Shown piece by piece: positions 40,400-52,603 of a DNA stretch of 64,000 nucleotides. Below the pieces are notes generated by a model, which saw only the letters and a list, made by a program, of their open reading frames with translations, was not told the origin of the DNA and did not search any database. Position 1 is the first letter of the stretch. Each line of letters opens with the position of its first letter. This DNA comes from Eledone cirrhosa (taxonomy: Eukaryota). Both the position numbers and the translations under genes were made by a program. Location of the stretch: assembly GCA_964016885.1 (NCBI GenBank), contig OZ024743.1:171802001-171866000 (forward strand). Direction: 5' to 3'.

Positions 40400-41066
40400 G
40401 GAAGGAAGCACTTCCCTCAGCACCCTGATTTTCCTCTTGGAGTGAAATCTGAAAAAGTTAGTCAGGGCTTCGCCAAAGAGGAGGCTGGCTGTCAAACGCG
40501 TCAACCACACAACCTATTTCGTCATGGTCACCAAAAAAAACACAGGTCAGCAATACTCGGGCACTCGATGAGTGCGTGCAGAACGGTTTTGTTGCCTTGC
40601 GTGAACTTTGGACAGACCCGATTGATGGCACTTCCATGCCTGAAGAGTGTATCCCGAACTGGCAAATCTCCTTGGTAGCACTGCCAGGCCAGGGAGTTCT
40701 GGAAGTTGTCTATGGGCCCTGGCCCGAAAGTTCTCCCGAAGAGATTTGATAGTTGAGTGGCCTATCATGGTCCGTGCGAATGGGCCTGCCTTGAGCATAC
40801 GCCTCTAAATTGGAGTAGAAAGACTGGGAGAGGGCACTTTGCTCTAGCGGACTGTGGCTTTTGTAGGATTTCTACATGAGTGACCCTTAGAATCTCCTCA
40901 CCTTTTGGGAAGTTGTTATGTTTGTTTTAAATGTTTATTTTCTTAGTCTCTTTTATAAATTCTATTTTACACTAAGAAAACCCCACACTGTATTGTCCTG
41001 TACTATCTTTAATGTTTCCTTAATGTAAGCAATGTGTGGTTGATAAAAATTATTGTTATTATTATC
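40400..41066. mobile_element. Rearranged Tx1 3' fragments (minus 40400-40790, plus 3'UTR 40810-41066)
   Basis: WLTRLT..LFGEALTNFFRFHSKRKIRVLREVL on minus; TGTGGTTGATAAAA(ATT)n tail on plus. Confidence 0.7.
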
Positions 41067-42001
41067 ATGTCAGATTAATCGATTGTTATCTCTCAGAACT
41101 TACGATGGTGTGTTGCAGTTATAAATCCTTTACTTATAACTCTGCTTGTAATATGTATTCGTATGATACATTATTCTACATGCTTGACTATCGAATGGAA
41201 CTGAAGATATAACCGAAATCTTAACGCAATGTTGTATCAAAATAGAAATTAGGACATTTGAAAATGATGAATTTCCACATTTCCATGTAATTATAATTCT
41301 TACTTAATTTGTCGTGCTTATTTGATTGACTGCGTGTATATAGGAAACACTCTTTACGTTTTAAGCTCAGATTACGCCACCACACCTAACTTTAACTTAC
41401 ATCCCCCCGGTGCAAATACAAAACACTAATATACTAATATTTTACGTTGCTCCTTCTACCAGGATTGCGACCGGTAGATACTATCAGCAACGGAAAGACC
41501 AATGGAAACATTGTTTCCTTAGTCCGATTTGACGAGCTCCACTCCACTTCGGACGCAGGTATTATTCAGTGGACTGTCCAGCCTCCATTAAATTGAGTAG
41601 CAAAGCTAGAAGCCATTTTATGATTGTGCTAATTATAATTATTACATTTATTTTTACTTGGTTGCGAATGATATTCTACAGGCTTTACTTCTAAGCAATT
41701 CTTCGTTTCAAGACACCAATGTAATTTTTTAACAATATTGGGCAATGTATGAACACTACAACACTTGCTAATACTTTCCGGTAAGTTTATATTTTCTTTC
41801 TCCAACTAAAAGAAATTAAGAATCATTATTTTTTTTTATTTATATTTTTTTTTGCATTCATTGAAGATCCGAGGCTGCATAATCGAGAAATTGATATTTT
41901 GCTATATTTTTAATGAAATATATATGTTTTTCAAAAAATTGTATGGAAGATCAGGAGATTAGTGAAAATTAAGTATGTAAATATGTAGATTATTAACTTA
42001 C

Positions 42002-42783
42002 CTTGTTTCACCACTTTTAGTTACATACGATCCTTTATAAAGGCCTTTTATGTCAGGGGCTATTTTTCCAAAAAAGCTACCGATATTTATAACATAATCT
42101 TTTCCTTCTCTTAATGTTTGGTTCAAATTCCACACTTGGTACTTAGTTTCTTTGACGTAGAACTGTTTTTCGATGGAGACAGTATCGGAGATATTTCCAT
42201 TTAGGTGTAAAGAAACTGACTTTTTATCAAGATTGAGATCTTTTGTGTGGAATATTACATAGTGTGTTGACTTGTTGACGCGTACCGTAATATTAACGCT
42301 GCCGGTGAATATAAATGTGTCCATGTCGACCTGTAATTCGAGATGGTAGTGAGAAGGAATCAGGCTTCTCGGCAAACGTTGTCGGTTCCATAATTTATTT
42401 CCTTTTCCGCGGCCAGGCTTTACAGCCACGGCAGATTCATTTTTGCCAAATTCTCCAGTTTTCTTTTTTGAAAAACTCTCTCTGTTAACAGAAGCATTCT
42501 GATGAGAAATTTGGCAATCGCAGCGTGTATTTCTTCCGACGAAAGCAGCTATGAGAGCAATGAAAATAGTTGCCAGTAGGATTAGGAATAGAAACAAACC
42601 GACCTGTAGTCTCGTGGCGTAACATCCAGCACTCGCCTGATTACCTCGTTCTGGTTGAATAGTCACCATTGTATTGTGAGCTTTGACTAAATCATCATTT
42701 GAAGGATTTGTTATATTGCTAGTTTGGCTTGGCTGAATTCCATTTACTTCCCCGCTGGCTATCATGTCCATGTTCTCTTTCAT
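42002..42783 (-). CDS. First coding exon of a type II membrane M1-family aminopeptidase (aminopeptidase N/A, TRH-DE-like)
   Basis: Short cytoplasmic tail, TM helix (VGLFLFLILLATIFIALIAAFVG) and stalk, then W...RLPRSLIPSHYHLEL, FIFTGSVNI, GLYKGSY. Ends at donor AG|GTAAGT (42002/42001, phase 2). Polypyrimidine tract and TAG acceptor upstream; exon starts at 42809. Confidence 0.9.
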
Positions 42784-42940
42784 TGATTTTCACAAGACCC
42801 GTTTAAATCCTACAAACGGCAAACAAAAGAGCAGTGAAATAAAATAGCTGTATATTATATGAAACTCCTATAATCAACAATGAAATATAACCACACACAC
42901 TCAACCGCATACACAACCACGCCTACAACGACACACACAA

Positions 42941-42972
<32 letters not shown>

Positions 42973-43410
42973 CCACACACGCACGCACGCACACACAACC
43001 TCACGCACGCACGCACACACAACCTCACGCACGCACACACAGACACACACACACACACACACACAGCCACACGCTTACACAACCACATGCATATACACAC
43101 ATTTATTCTTTATTCACCCACCTCATCACATTCATAAGTGATGTAACTTCTATAGCTGTAACTTAAATTCTTTTTTGGGTTTTGTATTTGAAAACATATA
43201 ATAAAGTATCTGTGTATACATACATATCCATACATATACGCACATATTTATACATGCATATACACACACGCACATTTATACACACATATATATGAATATA
43301 TATATATATACATATATATATGTGCGTATATGTGTGTGTGTATACAGTGTTTACCGTACGAAGACGTCGAGGTAGTATTTGAGGTATGTTTAGGTACAAA
43401 TGTATAATAA

Positions 43411-45408
43411 CACCGTGTAACAAAAAAATATTTTTTCTCTGTTCCTGGCTTGTAATCACTTTTTTGTGTTGCTTAGGTACTAAATAAATAAAAAAAAGTG
43501 CTATTAAACAGTTAAAAGTTTGGGTTTGTAAAAATTCTAAGCTATTCACTAGAATTACTTATATGCTGCATTTTACGTTGTATGTAAGTTTAATTTGCTT
43601 ATGTTAAATGATTATTTTTATATATGTTTCAGGTTAAATTAAAATTATAAAATAAAGAGTAATACCTAAAGAAAATTATAAAAGTGAAATAAAGTATAAA
43701 ATTGTTAAAAAGGATGTGGATTAAAGAGATTTATTGATACTGGATTTTCGCACCCTGAATAAAGGGTAAGTTGTGTTTTAAGCACGAATTTTCATTAATA
43801 TGATTAGTGTTCTTTTATATTATGTAAATATGTATTTCCCTTTCCAATATTTATTTTGTATTGCATATCAAATTTATTTTCCAAGAGAAGTATTCTGATG
43901 AAGAGGAGGAGATGGATGCTGAGGACTTGGATTACCTGCCTGAGGTACCAGAAAAAGTTCCCCACTTCCCAAACCAAAAAGAAGTCAATGACTTGGTCAG
44001 GGATATGAGTCTGACCAAGTCCAATGCAGAGATATTCGTCTCTAGGATGAAAGCAGTGGAACTTGGTCAAGGAGGAAGTGCAGGTGACAAGTCAGAGAAG
44101 TCGACACGAACCTTTCTCAGGCTTTTACACTCTTAGGGATGGCTTCTGCTTCTGCCATGACGTGCTTGGACTGTTTGACTTTATTGTGGTGCCGTTTGTG
44201 CCCAAGGAGTGGTGGTTATTTATAGACAGCTCCACCACAAGTTTGAAGGCTGTACTCCTCCACAATGGAAACAAGTTCCCGACACTGCCCCTAGCTCATT
44301 CAGTCTGCCTGAAGGAAGATTACTAGTGTGAAAGTCCTCTTGGAAGCTTTGCAATACAACCAGTACAATTGGGAAATCATTGGAGACTTGAAGATGGTGG
44401 TGGTGGCTTTCCTGCTTGGACTCCAAGGAGGCTTTATTAAATTCCAATGCTTGGTCTGCCTTTGGGACAGCAGAGCCATCTCTGACCACTACAAAAGAAA
44501 AAACTGGGAGCAGCGAACAGAATTTGTAGTTGGGACCCGGAACGTCATGTGGGAGCCAGTGGTTGTGCTCATGCCGCCACTGCACATTAAGTTGGAGTTG
44601 ATGAAGCAGTTTGTGAAGGCTCTCAACCAAGAATCAGCCGCTTTTAAGTACCTTCTTGAGTTCTTCCCCAAGTTATCTGAGGCCAAAATCAAATGTAGAA
44701 TTTTTGTTAGACCTCGGATAAAGTAGGTGTTTGAGTCTGTCGAATTCTCCAATAAGCTCAATAGGATTGAGAGAACAGCATGGAACTGTTTCAAGGCAGT
44801 TGTTAAGGGCTTCTTGGACAACTATAGAGCTGAAAACTACCTGCAACTGGTGCAGGATCTGATAAAGGCTTTTGGCTCCATGGGATGCAGGATGTCGCTT
44901 AAACTCCATATGCTGGACGCTCACCTGGAAAAATTCAAGGACAATATGGGCGCCCACTCATAAGAACGAGGCGAACGATTCCACCAAGATGTGAAAGAGA
45001 TAGAGCGGAGGTACCAGGGCCACTACAATGAAAAAATTATAGGGGACTATATCTGGGGGCTAGTGTGGGAATGCGACCTGGACTACGACCGCAAATCCAT
45101 GAAATCCAGTCATTTCTGACGTGTATAAGTTGCTTTATAAGTGTTATTTGTTTTTACTTGTTTGCTGCTTTTGATAAGCTTGTGTAATAAAATATATATA
45201 TACTCTATTAATTTAATTATATGAACTGATAAATTTAAAAAAATGTGTTTTTTCTTGAAACATATGAAAATTTCGAAATATCAAACTCCTTACCACAAGC
45301 CCGAACTTCTGATTAAATAATAGTGTTTTTTTTAAAAATAATAATGGGATATAACAAACCATGAAATGACACGTAGAACCGGGGAACAAAAAAATGTGTT
45401 ACACAGTG
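43411..45408 (+). mobile_element. Chapaev3-like (CMC group) DNA transposon
   Basis: TAA|CACCGTGTAACA...TGTTACACAGTG|TAA: CAC/GTG termini, imperfect TIRs and a 3-bp TWA TSD. Confidence 0.8.
43890..45119 (+). pseudogene. Chapaev3-type transposase, disrupted
   Basis: FIDSS..SLKAVLLHNGN, GDLKMV, CLVCLWDSR, PPLHIKL, MSLKLHML, GERFHQD..RYQG..GDYIWGL; several stops and frameshifts. Confidence 0.82.
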
Positions 45409-46099
45409 TAATTAGTAAAATCCCAATGGAGTGCGGGGTGGTCCACTCCATTTTGGTTGCCCTTCAATGTTACAGACTTTGTATGTAAACACACACACAT
45501 GCATGCGTGTGTGTGTGTGTGTGTGTGTATTATATTAAAAGAGATTAGAAAATGATTGAACTCTGACTGTGGAATTAATGAATTTCGGTGATTAGCATGA
45601 GACAAATATGTTCTACTCTGATTTGATTGTGTAATCACCAATGTACGGATTGCATGCAATTTAATCAATAATAGTAGACCCATGTCGTCAATAATGACTG
45701 CAATGTTGTTGAACGTATTTAGTTTTGGAGTCCAGCATTGGTATGTCATATATAACTGGATTTCTGGATATAAGGACAACCACACAAACTAAGAAATTTG
45801 CGTTTTGTTAAATTATTCTTTTTCATTAGAGAAGTCCTATAGTTTATGTTGATTGCTGATATGTGTAATCGATTAACGTTAAGAATGATATGTTAATAAT
45901 ATATTTCTAGGAGATGATTACATAAATTTTCAGCGTATATAGACATATGACATACAGGATTAAATATATGTGTAACTTTGGAGAAATAACTATCTATAGG
46001 AACGCATGTAGGATTAGAACCCAGCACGTTGGGATTGGAAAGCGAACTTAATACAGCAATATGACTAAGATAGTAAAAGCATAATGTGTGTGTATCAAC

Positions 46100-46310
46100 G
46101 AACTAATACCCAACACCAACAATAAATCAACTGAAGAATCGAAGACGTCGCAGACATAAGACCTTCTCTAACACCTGCTTCATGAAATTACCACATTTCA
46201 GGGAAAGAATAACCACAGCTATCCGCAGAGCTATCCACATTGCGATCCGCAAAGAAGAACTAAACATACAATTAGCACACTCCGGCCCTTCATTGCATTG
46301 TTTAGCCTTC
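46100..46310 (+). mobile_element. Penelope-like post-RT linker fragment (mirror 62430-62645, minus)
   Basis: CFMKLPHFRERITTAIRRAI..RKEELNIQLAHSGPSL resembles the PLE thumb/linker region. Confidence 0.5.
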
Positions 46311-46344
46311 TGTCTGTTTCAACTTTATATATATATATATATAT

Positions 46345-46413
<69 letters not shown>

Positions 46414-46420
<7 letters not shown>

Positions 46421-46572
46421 TAAAATAACAGATTAAAGTTTAAGCAAAGAATCGCTGCTTTCACCCTTAACGGGATCTTCTGAAACTAACAAAGAGTTAG
46501 TTTCAGAAGATCCCGTTAAAGATGAAAGCAGCGATTCTTTGCTTAAACTTTAATCTGTTATTTTAATAAATA
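46414..46572. repeat. Long palindrome of two hammerhead-like units (also 51774-51910, ~52002-52130, 62155-62310)
   Basis: ~77-bp arms around an AAAGA spacer. Confidence 0.93.
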
Positions 46573-46656
46573 TTTGCTCTACGCTTCTTATATATTGGAT
46601 ATATATTTATCCTTATCGAGCCCTCTTTGGATTTTAGTCTTCAAATTTATTATTAT

Positions 46657-46730
<74 letters not shown>

Positions 46731-46861
46731 TTATTAAAATAACAGAATCGCTGCTTTCACCCGTAACGGGATCTTCTGAAACTAAAAAGATCAATCTGTG
46801 AACGCAGAAGTAAATATTTCGAAAACCGTTGCAACCGAAGGAAGACATGAAGTTAATACTT

Positions 46862-47148
46862 TGGTTCATGGAGACGTTGCCTGGCAATGAACGGAAAAAA
46901 CGAGGATAATACATCATTATTTGGATCGTTGAGAACAATGACACGCACAGACAAATCCACGTTTTTGGTATAAATGAAGTCGTGGACTCGATACTCTATT
47001 TAAGTGGTTCGTGGAGACATTCCCTGGCAATGAACGGTAAAAAAAGCGAAGATAATACGTCATTATGTGGAACGATGAGAACAATTACACGCAAAGACAA
47101 AACCACGTTTATGGTATAAATGAAGTCGTAGACTAAAATTCTATTTAA
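46862..47148. repeat. Two ~143-bp diverged tandem units (mirror ~61578-61865)
   Basis: TGGTTC(A/G)TGGAGAC..CCTGGCAATGAACGG..GGTATAAATGAAGTCGT..CTATTTAAG occurs twice. Confidence 0.9.
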
Positions 47149-47495
47149 GAAACCGAATGATACTCGGCTTCAGAGTTAAGAATAATGTAAATAAATTACA
47201 GAGGTTATTGAAATCAACAATAATTATATATATATACATGCACGCATCCATATACGTACATACACATGCATACGCGAAAACACCCGTTATGGGTATGCAT
47301 ATACAAGCACGTACACAAAAATACGCGCGCACATACAAAACCGTGCAACACCTGTACCCGCACACATACGAACGTATACACCAAATACACATAAAAATAT
47401 ATTTTAAAAATATATATATATGTGTGTATGTGTGTGTGTGTGTGCGTGTATACATATAACTATATAAACGTATATAAATATACACACATAAATAC

Positions 47496-48460
47496 ATGCT
47501 AGCAGGATGGTTAGAATGCTTACTTATGTAATTAAACGTATCATTTGGCTTTCTATACGGGGAGTGCAAGCCATTTGACAAATTGAGGGTAAAGTCGAGG
47601 TAATTACCGACCGAGAGGTTGGCCTCGACCTGTATGGAGAGGTTGAAGCCTTTAAAGAAGGCTGTGAGTTCTTTTCTGAACCTGTCGCAAGCACGTGGGC
47701 CGCACTTTTTCATGGTCAAAAGACTGTCATCACGGTACAAATCACCGCCCACGTTGGGGAATTCTTCCTTGATAGAGAAAAGAAGGAAAAGGCCGATAAG
47801 ATCAGTAACCTCCGCAGAATCGCTGGCGCCCATACTCACGTCGAATCTGGTACTATTAGATTTTTTAATCCAAATAGAGTCATCGAAATTAATCAACGAC
47901 TTACGGGAATTGAGGATGACATCAACTTCGAAATCCTTAACCACCGTGAGCGTTTTAGCGAAATTGATAGCACTAAGAAGAAGTGCTAAAGTGATGGAGG
48001 AGTAGTAATTATTGATTTCGAATTGGATAAAACGGCAATGTTCCTGGTTGCATCTGCCGTTGAACCAATCAATCACTGCGAAAGAATTGTTCCAAAGTGC
48101 AAGAGGGGCCAAGCTTCTAATTTCAGGTATAATTCTATCTAAAATCCTTTTATTAAGTCTACCTAAATCGGACTTCGTAGGGTTAATAAGCCGAATAGTG
48201 GGGTTGTTCGGGAAATTGGATTTGTGAAGTGGGGAGAAATAGGGTCCAGAGGTTGAGTCCGGTCCAGGATGTTCTGATCAGAGGTGATTTTAAACCCAGC
48301 ATCGTTGATTTCATTGATGACACACCGATTAGTTTTACGGTAATCCTTAGTTACAGCATTATGTAGCAGTTGATGGTAAGTACTGCGCTCCACTTGATAT
48401 AGATTGCCAGTTTTGTCGGAGTGGACGTGCACGGCATTGACATCAACTATGCTGGGTTTT
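47496..48460 (-). pseudogene. Penelope-like reverse transcriptase fragment
   Basis: SDKTGNLY, FIQFEINNYYSSI, FDVSMGASDSAEV, DLYRDD, YLDFTLNL, YRKPN..YISKHSNHP. Truncated by microsatellites at both ends. Confidence 0.9.
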
Positions 48461-48516
48461 AAATCTCTCTTTATATATGTATGTGTATGTTTGTGTATGT
48501 GTGTGTGTATGTGTGT

Positions 48517-48651
<135 letters not shown>

Positions 48652-49787
48652 TGTGTGTGTTTGTGTGTGTGTGTGAGTGTGTGTGTGTATGTATGTGTGT
48701 GTGAATGATTATATATATCGTTTATACATATATGGTTTCCGAGTCCTTTATTTCACCTTTCAAACTTCTGTCTGGCCAGAACTATCCACATTTGGAGATA
48801 TTACTTATGCAACCTGTAGGGACGCGAATGGAGTAAAACAGATTTCCGATTTTTAAAGAGTTAAGGACTGAAACCCTTCCGTGAGAGGGTGAGGGATTCT
48901 TCTTTGAAGTCCTTCGTGCAGCCTTCCGAAATGAACCAAAATATTATGTAGAAATGATGTCACCGACTAATGCCCACTTGAAAGAAGAAAATACTGTAAC
49001 CACTGTTCAGTTAACTTTATATAGTTCTACACTACATTACACTTTTCTACAATTCTATGTTACATTAAACTATTATACTATTGCTCTGCTATACGTATAT
49101 ATTAATATTACATTACATAATACTATATTACACTACACAGCTCTAGACTACTCTATCATTACTGTTCTATGCATGCATAGTCCAGTAACTCCCGAGGGCG
49201 TCGTAGGAGCGTCCTATTGAAATACTGTGTTTCTAGAGCATTTTAAAAACCTGGCGGTGCCCATTTCCTCTCCAGGTCTCAAAATATTTCTTCCATAGAA
49301 GGATAGAGAATGAGAGAATCGAAGTGAGAAAGAGATATAGAGGAAGAATCTATCCCTGAACTAGATTAATACTTTTTTATCGACCTCAAATGGATGAAAC
49401 GCGAAGTAGACTTCGGCAGGATTTGAACTGAGCGAGCAGAACGGATCCTCAAAGAATTCTATCCCACGTTCTAACGACTCTACCAGTTCGCTGCCTTACG
49501 CTGTCTTAATACTTACTAGCAGAATGTTCCGGCGCTGCTCGGGATTTGCTCTACGGTTCTTATATATTTGATATATATTTATCCTTATCGAGCCTCGTGA
49601 AATAAATACGTTTGTTTATATTTTGTTATTGTGTATGCAAAAATATCTGCACACGAATATATAATTATATAAAATAACAGATTAAAGTTTAAGCAAAGAA
49701 TAGCTGCTTTCATCCTTAACGGGATCTTCTGAAACAAAAAAAAATCAATCTGTGAACGCAGAAGTAAATATTTCCAAAAACGTTACA

Positions 49788-49943
<156 letters not shown>

Positions 49944-50241
49944 AACACATATAGCGTTATAATGTCGTAATGCAGACATATATATATGTGTGCATGTATG
50001 TATATATATACATACTATTATACGTCTGTATACATATATGTATGTATGTATACATACTTATATTTAAGTAACAGCCGTACTAAGAGTGAGAAATGAAATT
50101 TCGTTTCATTTTTTTCCATTTATCGTATTCGGTTCGCCCGGCCGAATAACTCACTCGATATGCAAATTAGGCTGCTGAGCCATTAATATGCATAAGGAAA
50201 GTATATACTTTCAGGCGTTCAATCATCTGGCAGGAAGGTAT

Positions 50242-50284
50242 ACGGTGCTGACGATAGCTAATAAGCTTGAAACTAGTACATCGT
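50242..50284 (+). ncRNA. Type I minimal hammerhead ribozyme, family A
   Basis: ACGGTG-CTGACGA-T-AGCT-AATA-AGCT-T-GAAA-CTAG-TA^CATCGT: stem I, stem II, palindromic stem III and GUA site. Confidence 0.85.
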
Positions 50285-50669
50285 TTTTTTGTCAGTGTTG
50301 AACAAAAGGGCAACGGTGGTTGCTAAACACTGTACGGCTTAATTCGGGATGTTTGTTTACAAACAAACCGAGCATTATAATAAATGTTCGGTAAATCCAT
50401 ACATACATATATATATGTTTGCATGTATGTATATATATACATACTACTGTACGTCTGTATACATATATCTATGTACGTATACATACTTATATTTAAGTAA
50501 CAGCCGTACTAAGAGTGAGAAATGAAATTTCGTTTCATTTTTTCCATTTATCGTTTTCGGTGCGCCCGGCCGAATAACTCACTCGATATGCAAATTAGGC
50601 TGCTCAGCCATTAATATGCATAAGGAAAGTATATACTTTCAGGCGTTCAATCATCTGGCAGGAAGGTAT

Positions 50670-50710
50670 ACGGTGCTGACGATAGCTAATAAGCTTGAAC
50701 TAGTACATCT
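50670..50710 (+). ncRNA. Family A hammerhead, defective copy
   Basis: GAAAC reduced to GAAC. Confidence 0.6.
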
Positions 50711-50905
50711 TTCCTTTGTCAGTGTTGAACAAAAGGCCAACGATGGTTGCTTTAACACTGTACGGCTTAATTTGGGATGTTTGTTTACAAACAAACCGAG
50801 CATTATAATAAATGTTCGGCAAATCCATACGTACATATATATATGTTTGCATGTATGTATATATATACTTACTACTGTATATATATATCTATGTACGTAT
50901 ACATA

Positions 50906-50953
<48 letters not shown>

Positions 50954-50954
<1 letters not shown>

Positions 50955-51670
50955 TATGAAGAGAGAAGAAACATTTAGGTATAATTAGTAATAAAATGTA
51001 TCATACCTAAACTGCTCCTAGATTCCTCGACTACGTAGTTTCGTGGCATAAACAAAAACAATACATCATAAAGATATAGAGTCCTTGCGAGGTCTGCCGA
51101 CTTATCAAGAGGATACCTCATTTTACTAGTCTCAAGAACGCGTCTACACGACGTGAGAAAGAATCCCAAAAGGCGGAGGGGGAGATAGTCACGCGATATA
51201 ACGGTCGAGAAACAGAGCTAAGCCTCTTATAACCCCGAAGAAAATACCACGGAGGCGGAGGGGGTATTTATATCGAAGCCGTAGAAGAGATAGTGAAGGA
51301 GGCGAGAAATATGAGTAATGGAAGCTTTCCAGCAGTCCCCACACTTCAAAGATTGCTCGACCAGAGGGAGTTATTAACAATATATTTAGAAACACACAGA
51401 TACATGCGGACACACACATATACATGAATGCATCCGCACCCAACCGTGAGTTAAGGGTGCCAACTTCACCGATGTTGCTCAATGAATGACTGGGACAGAC
51501 CAATCCGGTTGAACTAGACTGAACCAGTATCAGAGTTAAAAATACGTTATGAAGAGAGAAGAAACATTTAGGTATAATTAGTAATAAAATGTATCATACC
51601 TAAACTGCTCCTAGATTCCTCGACTACGTAGTTTCGTGGCATAAACAAAAACAATACATCATAAAGATAT
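50954..51670. repeat. ~125-bp direct repeats (50954-51077, 51548-51670) bracketing a ~470-bp spacer
   Basis: TTATGAAGAGAGAAGAAACATTTAGG...CAATACATCATAAAGATATA occurs twice. Confidence 0.9.
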
Positions 51671-51906
51671 ATATATATATATATATAGTAATAATAATAA
51701 ATTTGAAGACTAAAATCCAAAGAGGGCTCGATAAGGATAAATATATATCAAATATATAAGAACCGTAGAGCAAATATTTATTAAAATAACAGATTAAAGT
51801 TTAAGCAAAGAATCGCTGCTTTCACCCTTAACTGGATCTTCAGAAGATCCCGTTAAGCGTGAAAGCAGCGATTCTTTGCTTAAACTTTAATCTGTTATTT
51901 TAATAA

Positions 51907-52009
<103 letters not shown>

Positions 52010-52126
52010 TAACAGATTAAAGTTTAGAGCAAAGAATCGCTGCTTTCACCCTTAACTGGATCTTCAGAAGATCCCGTTAAGGGTGAAAGCAGCGATTCTT
52101 TGCTTAAACTTTAATCTGTTATTTTA

Positions 52127-52187
<61 letters not shown>

Positions 52188-52189
52188 TG

Positions 52190-52240
52190 AGATTCTACAG
52201 GACTAGAACTGTTTCATTCTTTAGAAATCATCAGGAATCT
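52190..52240 (-). ncRNA. Type I hammerhead ribozyme, family B (inverted copy)
   Basis: Exact reverse complement of 52553-52603. Confidence 0.85.
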
Positions 52241-52552
52241 GGCTGTCCAAAATAAATGTTGTGGTATTTATATTTTTCTGGTGGGGAGTGGGATGGGTGG
52301 AGGTCATTGGTTGAAAGAAAAGGGAATTCATTAAGAGCTAATTCTTTAAGGCTATAATTTATATTTAGAGTGACAAAGGCAGAAAGAATTCTATAAACAA
52401 GTTCTAATTGGGGCGCCACTCCTTATTTTTAAGTTTCTCTTAAGCTAACAATGCCTATATTTCAGGTGTCTATAAGATGGTTGGGGGTCGGTGATGGTTG
52501 ATGGATTTAAATACCAAAGATATAAATACCACAACATTTATTTTGGACAGCC

Positions 52553-52603
52553 AGATTCCTGATGATTTCTAAAGAATGAAACAGTTCTAGTCCTGTAGAA
52601 TCT
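52553..52603 (+). ncRNA. Type I hammerhead ribozyme, family B
   Basis: AGATTC-CTGATGA-T-TTC-TAAA-GAA-T-GAA-ACAG-TTCTAGTC-CTGT-A^GAATCT: full core, 6-bp stem I, 4-bp stem III, GUA site. Confidence 0.88.

Larger units (their letters stand above)
49977..50910 (+). repeat. ~2.2 tandem copies of a 428-bp hammerhead-bearing unit (retrozyme or PLE pLTR)
   Basis: Units start at ~49977, ~50406 and ~50834; another copy at 63755-64000. Confidence 0.92.

Noticed and set aside
47141-47495. Cys/Tyr-rich C-terminal extension of the 323-aa Penelope RT ORF
   Set aside because: Read-through into degenerate (CA/TA)n sequence after the RT is truncated; not a domain fusion.
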